A stretch of 64,000 nt of DNA, taken from the NCBI GenBank assembly GCA_016235675.1, contig JACRJN010000131.1:1779-65778 (forward strand). Direction: 5' to 3'. The position numbers were made by a program, and so were the translations under genes. Below the pieces are notes generated by a model that worked only from the letters and a program-made list of their open reading frames with translations, was not told the DNA's origin and did not search any database. The stretch comes from Candidatus Schekmanbacteria bacterium. GTDB lineage: Bacteria; SZUA-182. How positions within the stretch are numbered: the stretch's first letter is position 1; every line of letters begins with the position of its first letter. Below are positions 28,429-37,412 of the stretch, piece by piece.

Positions 28429-29056
28429 ATACCACCCTGGCAGGGTTGCCGAATACCGTGGTATTCTCTGCCACATCCTTTAAAACCACCGCTCCGATTC
28501 CAACTTTTGACCAGCGGCCTATAATACGACCGGGAATAATCGCGGCGTTGGCTCCGATGTCGGCGCCTTCCAGAATTTTCACCCGCCCGGTAATATTCGC
28601 TCCGGGAGCGATGGTGCAATAGTCCTCCAACAGGCAATCGTGCCCGATTGTGGCATTCAGGTTGATCGTGATATGATCGCGTATATCGGTTTCACCGGCA
28701 ATGACTACGCCCGCTCCGATAATCACCCCTTTGCCCAATTTTACGCTGGGAGCGATTGTGGCCGCCGGATGCACCGCGTTGATATAATCAATATTGCCGG
28801 CCAATCTTTGTTTGATTTGCTTTTTGACTTCAGGATTGGCGATGGCCAGGATGCAGCTATAAGCTTCCGTTGTCTGATTCAGCCGGTCAATTTTGCCCAA
28901 AACCAGGATTTGGTTGATGATCAGCCCCTGTTTATCGGCCGCGTCATCCACAAACCCCGCCAGTGTAAATTGCGGGTTTAGTTCATTTTGCGCCCGCAAA
29001 ATCTCCCAAACCCCGCGGCCGTGATCCCCTGCGCCGATGATAATTATTTTTTTCAT
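28424..29056 (-). CDS. Sugar N-acetyl/acyltransferase, NeuD/PglD family (left-handed beta-helix)
   Basis: MKKIIIIGAGDHGRGVWEIL Rossmann-like N-terminus followed by hexapeptide repeats (IGANAAIIPG..IG). ATG at 29056 chosen because upstream codons are repeat-derived. Confidence 0.82.
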   Translation of the reverse strand: MKKIIIIGAGDHGRGVWEILRAQNELNPQFTLAGFVDDAADKQGLIINQILVLGKIDRLNQTTEAYSCILAIANPEVKKQIKQRLAGNIDYINAVHPAATIAPSVKLGKGVIIGAGVVIAGETDIRDHITINLNATIGHDCLLEDYCTIAPGANITGRVKILEGADIGANAAIIPGRIIGRWSKVGIGAVVLKDVAENTTVFGNPARVVW

Positions 29057-29068
29057 GTGCATTATCCT

Positions 29069-29248
29069 GTAGGGTGGACACACAGAACGGTAGCACAGGC
29101 ATCTTGCCTGTGATGTGGGCAACGCCCACACAAAAACGGTGCAATGACTGGAAGTTGTTGGGTAAATCGAAAGCTTCCATTCTATGCCGCAACACACAGG
29201 CTGGAAGCCTGTGCTACCCTACCCAATGGTGGGCACAGCCCACCCTAC
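29069..29248. repeat. Composite palindrome: outer R-D halves, inner R-E hairpins and a GTGGGCAACGCCCAC hairpin
   Basis: GTAGGGTGG...GGTAGCACAGGCATCTTGCCTGTG ... CACAGGCTGGAAGCCTGTGCTACC...GGTGGGCACAGCCCACCCTAC. Confidence 0.88.
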
Positions 29249-29850
29249 TTTTTCCAATAATCCGCCTTGGCCAGATCCTCTTCTCTTGATATTAAAGCCG
29301 GAAAAGTCAGCAGCAATATCTTGCAATCCAGAAGAAAGGACAGGTGGCGGATATATTCTATATCGTATTCGATTCTTTTATCCCAATCAATGGATTTCCG
29401 TCCGCTGACCTGAGCCAGACCGCTAATTCCCGGCCTTATAAGCAGCCTTTGCCTTTGATGGGGCGTATATTGATCCACCTGATATTTTAACGTCGGACGC
29501 GGCCCGATGATGCTCATATCGCCGCGCAAGATATTGATCCCCTGGGGCAATTCATCCAACCCGCTGACGCGCAACCATTGGCCGATGCGGGTCACCCTGG
29601 GGTCGTTTTTCTCCACCAGTATCCCCGCTCCCATTTTGGCGGCATTGGGCAGCATGGTGCGGAATTTGTATAAATCAAATAACTTGCCGTCTTTGCCTAC
29701 CCGCTCCTGGCTGAAAAATACCGTCCCTTTAGAATCCAATTTTATCAGCAGGGCGATGATTAGCATGGGAATAAGCATCAGCGACAAAATGACCAGGATG
29801 AAAATTATGTCTAACGCCCGCTTAAAATATTTGGAATAAAGCCCGTTCAT
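29245..29850 (-). CDS. Undecaprenyl-phosphate sugar phosphotransferase (small PglC/WbaP C-terminal type)
   Basis: KRALDIIF, one TM helix, and KFRTM...DELPQ..NILRGDMSIIGPRP motifs. ATG at 29850. Confidence 0.9.
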   Translation of the reverse strand: MNGLYSKYFKRALDIIFILVILSLMLIPMLIIALLIKLDSKGTVFFSQERVGKDGKLFDLYKFRTMLPNAAKMGAGILVEKNDPRVTRIGQWLRVSGLDELPQGINILRGDMSIIGPRPTLKYQVDQYTPHQRQRLLIRPGISGLAQVSGRKSIDWDKRIEYDIEYIRHLSFLLDCKILLLTFPALISREEDLAKADYWKK

Positions 29851-29870
29851 TATTTTCCATTTCCATCTTT

Positions 29871-29947
29871 GGTAGCACAGGCTTCCCATCCTGTGACACA
29901 GGCAAGATGCCTGTGCTACCGGAGGCAGGGATAAAGCCCTGCGCTAC
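29871..29947. repeat. Triple-hairpin element (R-E, R-E, R-A half)
   Basis: GGTAGCACAGGCTTCCCATCCTGTG A CACAGGCAAGATGCCTGTGCTACC GGAG GCAGGGATAAAGCCCTGCGCTAC. Same architecture at 35867..35942. Confidence 0.9.
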
Positions 29948-29950
29948 GAC

Positions 29951-31474
29951 TTATTTCAGCAAATGTTTCTGCACCTTGCCCGATGCGGTCTTGGGCAATT
30001 GAGCCACAAATTCCACCACTTTGGGGACTTTATAGGAGGCCAGATTCCTGGCGCAGAAGATCAGCAGTTCTTCCTTGTTTACGAGTTGTCCATCTTTGCT
30101 GACGATATAGGCTTTGACCGCCTCGCCTAAAATCTCATCCGGCATCCCCACCACCGCCGCTTCATAAACGGCGGGATGGGAGATCAATACCGCCTCGACT
30201 TCTTTGGCGCTGATCTTTTCACCCCTGCAATTGATAATATCACTCTTGCGCCCCTTGATAAAAATAAAACCGTCTTCATCAATTGTGGCCATATCGCCGG
30301 TATGCAGACCGTCCTTTTGGAGCACCCGCCCGGTTTCCACCGGGTTGTTCAAATAACCCTTCATCACGTTGGAGCCGCGGATTACGATTTCCCCCGTTTC
30401 GCCGGGAACTACCTCCCGCCCGTCCGGATTCAGCACCCGCACTTGCACATTAGGGATCGCCTTGCCGATGGAGCCGATCTTCTCCCTGGCGTATTTAAAA
30501 TCCAGATAAGTGGCGCGGGGGGCAACCTCGGAACAGCCGTAATTGTTAATAATCTCCACACCGGGAAAAGCGCTCAGCAACCTTTCGATGATGGCGGGAT
30601 AAATCGGGCCGCCGGCGTTCAGGATATAGCGCAAGCTCGACAAATTATAGGTTGGCAGATTGCCGATGCGCAGTAGAATATTATAGGTTGTCGGAACCCC
30701 GCCGAAGCCGGTCACCCCCTCCTGCCCGACTAAGCTTAGCGCCCGCTGGGGAAAAAGAAAATCGCGCATCAGGGTAATAGTGCCGCCCGCTCTTAAAACG
30801 GTCAGCATTTGCGATAGCGCATAGGAATAGAACAGAGGCAGAAATATCAAGGTGTTATCATCTTCGGTCAGCCTTAAGTAATGGACTATCGAATTTACAT
30901 TGGAGAGGATATTCAAATGGGTTAAGACCACCCCTTTGGGCTGTCCGGTGGTGCCGGAGGTATAGATAATAACCGCCTCATCGGCATCGATTAAGGATAG
31001 GCCGGGATGATCATTCGCCCCCTCCTCCGTTTGCAGGTTCCAAAACTGAATACGCCCGTCTCCGGCTATTTTGGGATCAGTTGTCAGGACGATCGCTTGC
31101 TGAACAGTTGTCAGATGCGGCAGAGTCTGGTTTATAAAGGAATCAGTTGCCAGATTGGTCAGTAACATCCGGGTTTGGCAGTTTTCCAGAATATATTGCA
31201 ACTCCCTTAATTTCAATTGGGTATTGACGGGAACAACGACCGCGCCGATCCTTATCAGCGCAAAATAGGCGATGATAAACTCCGGAGCGTTGGTAATGAA
31301 CAGGGCGGCCTTTTCACCTTTGGCGATCCCCTGCCCGATTAATTTCCGGGCGCATTGATTGATCTTGCGCTCCAACTCCCGGTAGCTATACCTTTGGCCA
31401 TCGAAAATCAGGGCGGTTTTATCCGGGGTTTTCAGGCTGGTCTGAGTTATTATCTCGCCGATGGTGTAGATCAA
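29951..31474 (-). CDS. AMP-dependent synthetase/ligase (acyl-CoA or acyl-carrier-protein ligase)
   Basis: 507 aa. YTSGTTGQPKGV (A3), GEIVIRG, and a TGD...DEDGF...GR.SD motif. Confidence 0.9.
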   Translation of the reverse strand: MIYTIGEIITQTSLKTPDKTALIFDGQRYSYRELERKINQCARKLIGQGIAKGEKAALFITNAPEFIIAYFALIRIGAVVVPVNTQLKLRELQYILENCQTRMLLTNLATDSFINQTLPHLTTVQQAIVLTTDPKIAGDGRIQFWNLQTEEGANDHPGLSLIDADEAVIIYTSGTTGQPKGVVLTHLNILSNVNSIVHYLRLTEDDNTLIFLPLFYSYALSQMLTVLRAGGTITLMRDFLFPQRALSLVGQEGVTGFGGVPTTYNILLRIGNLPTYNLSSLRYILNAGGPIYPAIIERLLSAFPGVEIINNYGCSEVAPRATYLDFKYAREKIGSIGKAIPNVQVRVLNPDGREVVPGETGEIVIRGSNVMKGYLNNPVETGRVLQKDGLHTGDMATIDEDGFIFIKGRKSDIINCRGEKISAKEVEAVLISHPAVYEAAVVGMPDEILGEAVKAYIVSKDGQLVNKEELLIFCARNLASYKVPKVVEFVAQLPKTASGKVQKHLLK

Positions 31475-31488
31475 TTTTATTTCCCTTT

Positions 31489-31700
31489 AACCACGGAAGC
31501 CACGGAAGCCACGGAAAATCAAACTATTCTCCCCCTCTTTGGCAAAGAGGGGTCGGGGGAGATTTTAAAATTGCTTTCAACCATCAAGTATTTTTAATTA
31601 CTTATGGGAAAATGACAATTTGAAAATCCCCCTTTATCCCCCTTTGCTAAAGGGGGAATTATTATTGATACTTTTCCGTGCCTTCCGTGCCTTCCGTGGT
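31489..31700. repeat. R-F composite: CACGGAAG nonamer-triplet arms enclosing an R-I element
   Basis: CCACGGAAGCCACGGAAGCCACGGAA ... CCCTCTTTGGCAAAGAGGG ... CCCCCTTTGCTAAAGGGGG ... TTCCGTGCCTTCCGTGCCTTCCGTGG. Confidence 0.9.
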
Positions 31701-31951
31701 TAACTCTTGTTAGATTTCCTCTCGATATAACCCGCCAAAGACCCCATATCGGCAAAGACTTCCGGGCCGACATCTTCATCCGCCACCCTGATCCCGAATT
31801 CGACCTCCAAGCCGCCGATCAAATCGATCATCCCGATGGAATCGATCCCGATCTCTTTGAGCGCTTGAGCCTCCGATATATCAGAGACTTCCTGATTGGC
31901 GATTCCGGCCACTAATTTTTTCAACCTGATATTTATTTCATTGGTACTCAT
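31700..31951 (-). CDS. Acyl carrier protein
   Basis: 83 aa. GIDSIGMIDLI phosphopantetheine-attachment serine motif. Overlaps the upstream GT gene. Confidence 0.85.
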   Translation of the reverse strand: MSTNEINIRLKKLVAGIANQEVSDISEAQALKEIGIDSIGMIDLIGGLEVEFGIRVADEDVGPEVFADMGSLAGYIERKSNKS

Positions 31952-33185
31952 TTTTCACCCGAACTAAAATGTCGTTCAATTTATCGGCTATGTTTTTGCG
32001 CATAAAATTTTTCAGCACATAATCCCGCCCGGTTTGCCCTTGCCGCTCCCGCTCCTGCCTTGATAAACGGGAATAATTCAAGACCGCATCGGCTAATCCC
32101 CGATCATCCCCCGGAGCAACTACCACTCCCGCCCCCGATGCCTCGATAATCTGCCTGGTATCCCCGCAGGCGCAGGCGATAACCGGCGATCCCGCCGCCA
32201 GATAATCGAAGGTCTTATTTTGCACCATGCCGTGAAAAACCGGCTCATCCCGCAAGGGCAGAAGGCAGACGTCGGCTGTGCCCAAATAGGCGGGCACCGT
32301 TTTCTTAGAGATCGGATCAAGAAAAATCAGGTTTTCCAGTTTCCATTCCTCCCTGGTTTTGAGCAATTCAGGCTTTTCATCCCCGTCGCCGATCAAGAGA
32401 AAGGCGATCTGGGGATATGCCTTTAAACGCCGCGCCGCTTTTAATATTACTTGCAAGTTGTTGACCATCCCGAAAGCGCCGACGTAAATCGCTACGAATT
32501 TATTCTCCAATCCCAATTGGCATTTCAATGCCTCCTGCTTGGGGATGTGATCGAAAATATCCAAATCCACCCCGTGCGGGACTACTTCCACCTTAGAGGC
32601 TTCTATTCCCCTTTGTATGATCTGTTTACGAAACCCGTTAGTTACCGCCACGACACAATCCGCCTGGCGATAAAGAAAATTGGCTAACCCTTGCCCCAGT
32701 CTTGCGATTTTGCTTTCCGGCTTGAACACCCCTAAGGCCACTACCGCCTCCGGCCAGGGATCGCGGATTTCAAAGACAAAGGGAATGCGCTTTAAAAGCC
32801 CCAGGAGCCAGCCGGGAATCCCCACAAATAAAGGGGTGGAGGAAGCCAAAACCAAATCGGCCTTTTCCTGCCATCCGGCGACAAAAGCCATGAGCATAAA
32901 AGAAAGGTGGTTGAGGAGACGTTTTTTGACGTTGATTTTGCCGTCATCCCCGCGGTAATTGGCATAAACGTAGGTTCTTAAAACCCGAACCCCGGCGACT
33001 TGTTCCCCGGTAATTAATTTGCCTTTGTAGCGATCGGGAATCAACCCGGTACGGTAGTTTTGCGAACCGGTGATCACCGTTACCTGATGCCCCCGTTTTT
33101 GCAGTTCCGTAGCCGAAGCAAAGTGCCTCCCGGCTCCGGCTTCCTCAGGCAGATTGAAGTATTGGGCGATGTAAATTATTTTCAT
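31938..33185 (-). CDS. Glycosyltransferase family 4 (WcaI-like)
   Basis: MKIIYIAQYF..PE.GAG start at 33185. The ATG at 33203 lies inside the R-C repeat. GT-B C-terminal domain. Confidence 0.85.
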   Translation of the reverse strand: MKIIYIAQYFNLPEEAGAGRHFASATELQKRGHQVTVITGSQNYRTGLIPDRYKGKLITGEQVAGVRVLRTYVYANYRGDDGKINVKKRLLNHLSFMLMAFVAGWQEKADLVLASSTPLFVGIPGWLLGLLKRIPFVFEIRDPWPEAVVALGVFKPESKIARLGQGLANFLYRQADCVVAVTNGFRKQIIQRGIEASKVEVVPHGVDLDIFDHIPKQEALKCQLGLENKFVAIYVGAFGMVNNLQVILKAARRLKAYPQIAFLLIGDGDEKPELLKTREEWKLENLIFLDPISKKTVPAYLGTADVCLLPLRDEPVFHGMVQNKTFDYLAAGSPVIACACGDTRQIIEASGAGVVVAPGDDRGLADAVLNYSRLSRQERERQGQTGRDYVLKNFMRKNIADKLNDILVRVKNEYQ

Positions 33186-33198
33186 GTTTTGAAATTCT

Positions 33199-33276
33199 GT
33201 CATTGCGAGGCAGCCTTATCGCCGAAGCAATCTCAGACATACGAGATTGCTTCACTCCTTCGTCGTTCGCAATGAC
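33199..33276. repeat. R-C core copy
   Basis: GTCATTGCGAGGCAGCCTTATCGCCGAAGCAATCTC...GAGATTGCTTCACTCCTTCGTCGTTCGCAATGAC. Confidence 0.9.
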
Positions 33277-33288
33277 AATTCTGAAATT

Positions 33289-34467
33289 TTAACCAATTTG
33301 CCCCTTCACCTGTACCCTGTTCTCATAAATCCGCTCAATCGCCTCACAAACCTTGATTACCTTCTCTTCCGGCAAGTGGGTAAACAAGGGCAGGCAGCAA
33401 ATCCTTTTACAAACCCAGGCGGTGGCCGGTAATTGATCCTGATATTGCTGATAATAATCTTTATAGGCGTCCTGCTCATGCACCGGGGGATAAAAATATT
33501 TTCTGGTCATGATATTTTCCGGCTTCAGGGCGGCAGATAGTTGATCGTTATTCAGACCGAATATCTCTTCATCCACCAAAACAGAGAAATAATTGTAAGA
33601 TGTGCGGGCATTGGCCTCAATCTTTTGAAAGCTTATCCCCGGCAATTTCTGCAACCTGGATTTATATAAATCTACCAGTTTATACCTGGTATTAATGCTT
33701 TCCTCTAATTTTGTCAGGCATTTACCGGCCAATAAAGCGTGCATCTCGCTCATACGGGCGTTTAAGCCGATAAACCGGGTGTTGTAGTTTCCCGGATTGC
33801 CGTAATCCCTGGCGATCTTCAGATCGGCAGCCAGTTGATCGTTATTGGTGGCGACGATCCCCCCCTCGCCGGCCACTACCAATTTGGTAGGCGCCAGGCT
33901 GAAGACCTCCGCATCTGCGAAATTCCCGGCAAATTTGCCGTGATATTTTACACCCAAAGCATGTGCCGCATCGGAAATCATTTTGAGATGATGTTTGGCG
34001 GCGATGGAGGTTAAACGATCCAGTTGCGGCGGGTTGCCGAAGATATAAACCAGCATAATGGCGCAGGTCTGCGGCGTGATTTTCTTCTCTACCTCATGCG
34101 GATCGATATTAAAGGTCTCCGGGTCGCAATCCACAAAGACCGGCTTTAAATTATTCCACAGCAGGGCATGAACCGTCGCCGGAAAGGTAAAGCTGGGGAC
34201 AATTACTTCCCCCTTCAAACCCAATAATTTCAAGCTCAACAACAAACCGGAAGTGCAACAGGAAACGGCTACCGCGTTTTTTACCTCAAGATAATCGGCG
34301 CATTCATTTTCAAAGCGTTTGACATAGCGCGCATTGGTCAGCATCCCGGAATTAAATATATCCGTTAATTCAGCGGTCAAGTCATCAACCTTCGGCAAAG
34401 TCGGCTGATTAATCGGTAATAATTGGTCGAAAGCGGGGCTGCCCCCTAAAATAGCCGGTTTTTTCAT
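33289..34467 (-). CDS. DegT/DnrJ/EryC1/StrS family sugar aminotransferase (PLP-dependent)
   Basis: 392 aa. A SLAPTK segment is the likely PLP-lysine site. Typical N-terminus ..P.I..P..P. Confidence 0.88.
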   Translation of the reverse strand: MKKPAILGGSPAFDQLLPINQPTLPKVDDLTAELTDIFNSGMLTNARYVKRFENECADYLEVKNAVAVSCCTSGLLLSLKLLGLKGEVIVPSFTFPATVHALLWNNLKPVFVDCDPETFNIDPHEVEKKITPQTCAIMLVYIFGNPPQLDRLTSIAAKHHLKMISDAAHALGVKYHGKFAGNFADAEVFSLAPTKLVVAGEGGIVATNNDQLAADLKIARDYGNPGNYNTRFIGLNARMSEMHALLAGKCLTKLEESINTRYKLVDLYKSRLQKLPGISFQKIEANARTSYNYFSVLVDEEIFGLNNDQLSAALKPENIMTRKYFYPPVHEQDAYKDYYQQYQDQLPATAWVCKRICCLPLFTHLPEEKVIKVCEAIERIYENRVQVKGQIG

Positions 34468-34496
34468 TATAATTTGTCCCTTCTTGTAAATAAATT

Positions 34497-34594
34497 GGTA
34501 GCGTTTTCAACAGAAGACCAGTAGCGTCATTGCGAGCGGAGCGAAGCAATCTCCATGCGTGCGTAGAGATTGCTTCGCTTAAGCTCGCAATGAC
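34497..34594. repeat. R-C long form, right outer arm missing
   Basis: GGTAGCGTTTTCAACAGAAGACCAGTAGCGTCATTGCGAG...CTCGCAATGAC. Followed by the CCTCAAGCCTCAAGCCT fragment at 34619..34636. Confidence 0.85.
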
Positions 34595-34639
34595 ATTTTT
34601 CAGCCGAAAGAAAATTATCCCTCAAGCCTCAAGCCTAGT

Positions 34640-35851
34640 TTATGCCGTAATCAATTCGGCTAATTGAGCCACATTCTTTCTAATATCAAAAGATTCGCAA
34701 ACCCTTTGCCGCCCGGCTTTTCCTAACCTTTGGCGCAAATCCGGGTCGTGATATAGTTTTTTAATCGCCTCCTTCAAGGCCAAAACATCTGCGGGAGGAA
34801 CGATTAGCCCGGTTTCCATATTATGCACCAATTCGGGAATAGCGGAAATATCGGTTGAGATTACCGGCACTTCCAATGCCAGCGCTTCGATAAATACGTT
34901 GGGAAGGCCATCCTGCCGGTTACCGTTGAGTGTAACGCAAGGCAGGACAAAGACATCAGCCGACTTCATCTTTTCAATTACCTGAGGATGAGGCAAATGA
35001 TTGCTGATTTTCACCCGGTCACCTAATTGATATTTTCGGTGCAAGGCGATTATTTCCTCTTTGGCCGGGCCGTTTCCGCCGATAATCTCCGCACTAAATT
35101 CCATCCCTTCTTTTTTCAGCAGATGAAGCGCTTCGATTAAATATTTGAACCCCTTCTTTTCCACCATCCGCCCAACCGCCAGGATATTGAATTTCCCGTT
35201 GCTTCTACTCCCAAGAGGCTGATAATGATTGGGGTTCAATCCATGATAATTTACCTTAATTTTATCGGCAAAGCCGTTTTCACATAAAGTAATTAAATAT
35301 TTCTGATTAAATTGTGTACAGGTAACCATACATTTGGCTTTTTTAATCTTCTGCCGCAACCCATATGTATCTACAAAAATATCCCAGGCATGACCGGTAA
35401 AGGAAAATCCCAACCCTAAAAGCCGGGCGATTATCATGGCGCTTGCCGTAGAAGTCGTCGCCCAATGGGCATGGATATAGCGAATATTTTGTTCCTCGAT
35501 AAGTTTAGCGTAATAAACAGATTTTGGGAAGATAGCCAACGCCCTAAGGATAAAAGCTAACTCGTTAGAATTGGTAAAAAGTTCTTTTAAGACGGCTAGA
35601 TATTGCTTGGGTTTTTTCGCAAGATAATAAATATGCGCCCATAAAATCTTTAAGGATAACAGGTAGGGGCTGTAATAAACCGGCCTTTTCAGTTGATTTA
35701 ATAACGGATAATTTTTCTCCAAATCAGCCAGTTTTTTCCCCAAGGCAAATATATGTAAATCAATTCCCTGATTGGCTAATTCCAGCATCTCCCGCAGAAT
35801 AAATTCCGATCCCAGAGATGTGTTGATATAAGCTATCTTTTGTTTTGCCAT
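34640..35851 (-). CDS. Glycosyltransferase family 4
   Basis: 403 aa. VFVLPC....NRQDGLPNVFIEALALEVPVISTDISA motif. GAAGGAAG RBS directly next to the repeat. Confidence 0.88.
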   Translation of the reverse strand: MAKQKIAYINTSLGSEFILREMLELANQGIDLHIFALGKKLADLEKNYPLLNQLKRPVYYSPYLLSLKILWAHIYYLAKKPKQYLAVLKELFTNSNELAFILRALAIFPKSVYYAKLIEEQNIRYIHAHWATTSTASAMIIARLLGLGFSFTGHAWDIFVDTYGLRQKIKKAKCMVTCTQFNQKYLITLCENGFADKIKVNYHGLNPNHYQPLGSRSNGKFNILAVGRMVEKKGFKYLIEALHLLKKEGMEFSAEIIGGNGPAKEEIIALHRKYQLGDRVKISNHLPHPQVIEKMKSADVFVLPCVTLNGNRQDGLPNVFIEALALEVPVISTDISAIPELVHNMETGLIVPPADVLALKEAIKKLYHDPDLRQRLGKAGRQRVCESFDIRKNVAQLAELITA

Positions 35852-37412
35852 CTAACTTCCTTCTTTGGTAGCACAGGCTGGAAGCACATGACACAGGCTG
35901 GAAGCCTGTGTTACCGGATGCAGGGCTGAAGCCCTGCGCTACACTTTTTTGCCTCCCGGTTAAAAGCCTCCCTTTAGCTTTAACAGTAATTCCGGCCATG
36001 ATCCAAAAATAAGCCGTTAATTCATTGGAAAAAAAGCGCGCTCCCGATAAATCCAATAAAAACAGGGCGATGACACAACCCAGTAGCCCGCCGGCCAGCG
36101 CCTTAATGTAGGGATCGTCCGTCTGGCGCATTACCTGCCGGGCACTAAAAAAAACAGCCGCCAAAATCCATAAATACAAAATTAACCCGACGATTCCTTC
36201 CTCGACTGCAATCCAAATAAACGAACTATGAGCCGCTTTGGGAAACGGAAGCACCCCACATCTGACCACCACTTCCTGGAATGTTTCAAAACCCGTACCC
36301 AAGATGGGGGCTTCGGCCATCATCCGCGGCAATCCTTTCCACTGGCGTAGCCTCAATTCTGTGGAATTATCGTATTGCTGATTTTCATATTTTCCCTGCA
36401 CCCCTTCTTCCAGAAAGGTATCGTCTACCCGTTCTTCTACCGCCGGCGGCGGATGCACCAAGATCACAACTAAAGCCAACAACATAAATAAAAGCAGGCG
36501 CTTATCTTTAACCAGTCCCAGGAACAAAAGACTGGCCAAACAGGCCAGCCAGGAACCGCGGGATAAGGTGGTAAACAAGGCCAGAAAACATAAACCGGTA
36601 CCCGCTAAAAGCAGGTAATGCCGTTTGGAGGGCAGTTTCAGATATAAAGAGCAAATAAATAGCGGGGTATACATAGCCAGAAAGCCGCCATATAAATTAG
36701 GCTGATCCCCGATTACCCCGCCTCCGTTTCTGTTCCGCTCGATATAATCCGCTATTCGAAAAAAATCTTTTAACGAAAGTATTACGATAATTCCGATCGT
36801 TACTAAAAGAAAAATCAACAAACGGCGGCTATAATGCAAATCGTAAGATTTTAAGGTGATGAAATATAAAGAAACATAAATAAGCCAATTTTTAGCGACA
36901 CTTAAGCGTTCAACATCCGAACAATACGCGGAAGGCATCCTGAAAATGGATAATAAAGTAAAAAATACAAGCAGATAAACAGGTATTTTTAACGGATCGC
37001 ATCTCGAATTTTCTTGCGGCTGCTTTTGGGAAAACACGCCAAGAAATAAAATGGCCACAATAATAGTTTGGGCGTTTATTCCGGTTATGCCGAAAAAATC
37101 AGGGGGAAAGAGGTCTAAAATCGGCATAAAAAAGATAAAAAAACAAACCGCTAAATCGATTCTTACAAAGGCCAAATAAGTCCAAAAAATACCCAGGGAA
37201 AACCCTAAGAAAATCTTTACCGGATAATAAGGCAAAAATATCGCGCAAATTACCGCCGCCACAAGAACCGATAAACTTGTTTTTTCAAACCGATCAACCG
37301 AAGAGACATCAGATTTGCCGGATGTTTCGGTTGGATTTAAATAATTTAATTGATACACAGGTGAAGTGTCCACAACTTTCCTCAGTGCTATGAAATACGA
37401 CAAAACTCCCAT
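35760..37412 (-). CDS. O-antigen ligase/polymerase-like (Wzy/WaaL family) polytopic membrane protein
   Basis: About 10 predicted TM helices with a large loop (SRGSWLA...). Both ends are uncertain: start alternatives at 37496 (GTG) and 37412 (ATG). The 3' end reads through the repeat and 92 nt into the next gene. Confidence 0.65.
   Translation of the reverse strand: MGVLSYFIALRKVVDTSPVYQLNYLNPTETSGKSDVSSVDRFEKTSLSVLVAAVICAIFLPYYPVKIFLGFSLGIFWTYLAFVRIDLAVCFFIFFMPILDLFPPDFFGITGINAQTIIVAILFLGVFSQKQPQENSRCDPLKIPVYLLVFFTLLSIFRMPSAYCSDVERLSVAKNWLIYVSLYFITLKSYDLHYSRRLLIFLLVTIGIIVILSLKDFFRIADYIERNRNGGGVIGDQPNLYGGFLAMYTPLFICSLYLKLPSKRHYLLLAGTGLCFLALFTTLSRGSWLACLASLLFLGLVKDKRLLLFMLLALVVILVHPPPAVEERVDDTFLEEGVQGKYENQQYDNSTELRLRQWKGLPRMMAEAPILGTGFETFQEVVVRCGVLPFPKAAHSSFIWIAVEEGIVGLILYLWILAAVFFSARQVMRQTDDPYIKALAGGLLGCVIALFLLDLSGARFFSNELTAYFWIMAGITVKAKGRLLTGRQKSVAQGFSPASGNTGFQPVSCASSLCYQRRKLDGKTKDSLYQHISGIGIYSAGDAGISQSGN
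35867..35942. repeat. Triple-hairpin element (copy 2 of the 29871 type)
   Basis: GGTAGCACAGGCTGGAAGCACATG A CACAGGCTGGAAGCCTGTGTTACC GGAT GCAGGGCTGAAGCCCTGCGCTAC. Lies inside the 3' end of ORF 35760..37496. Confidence 0.9.
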
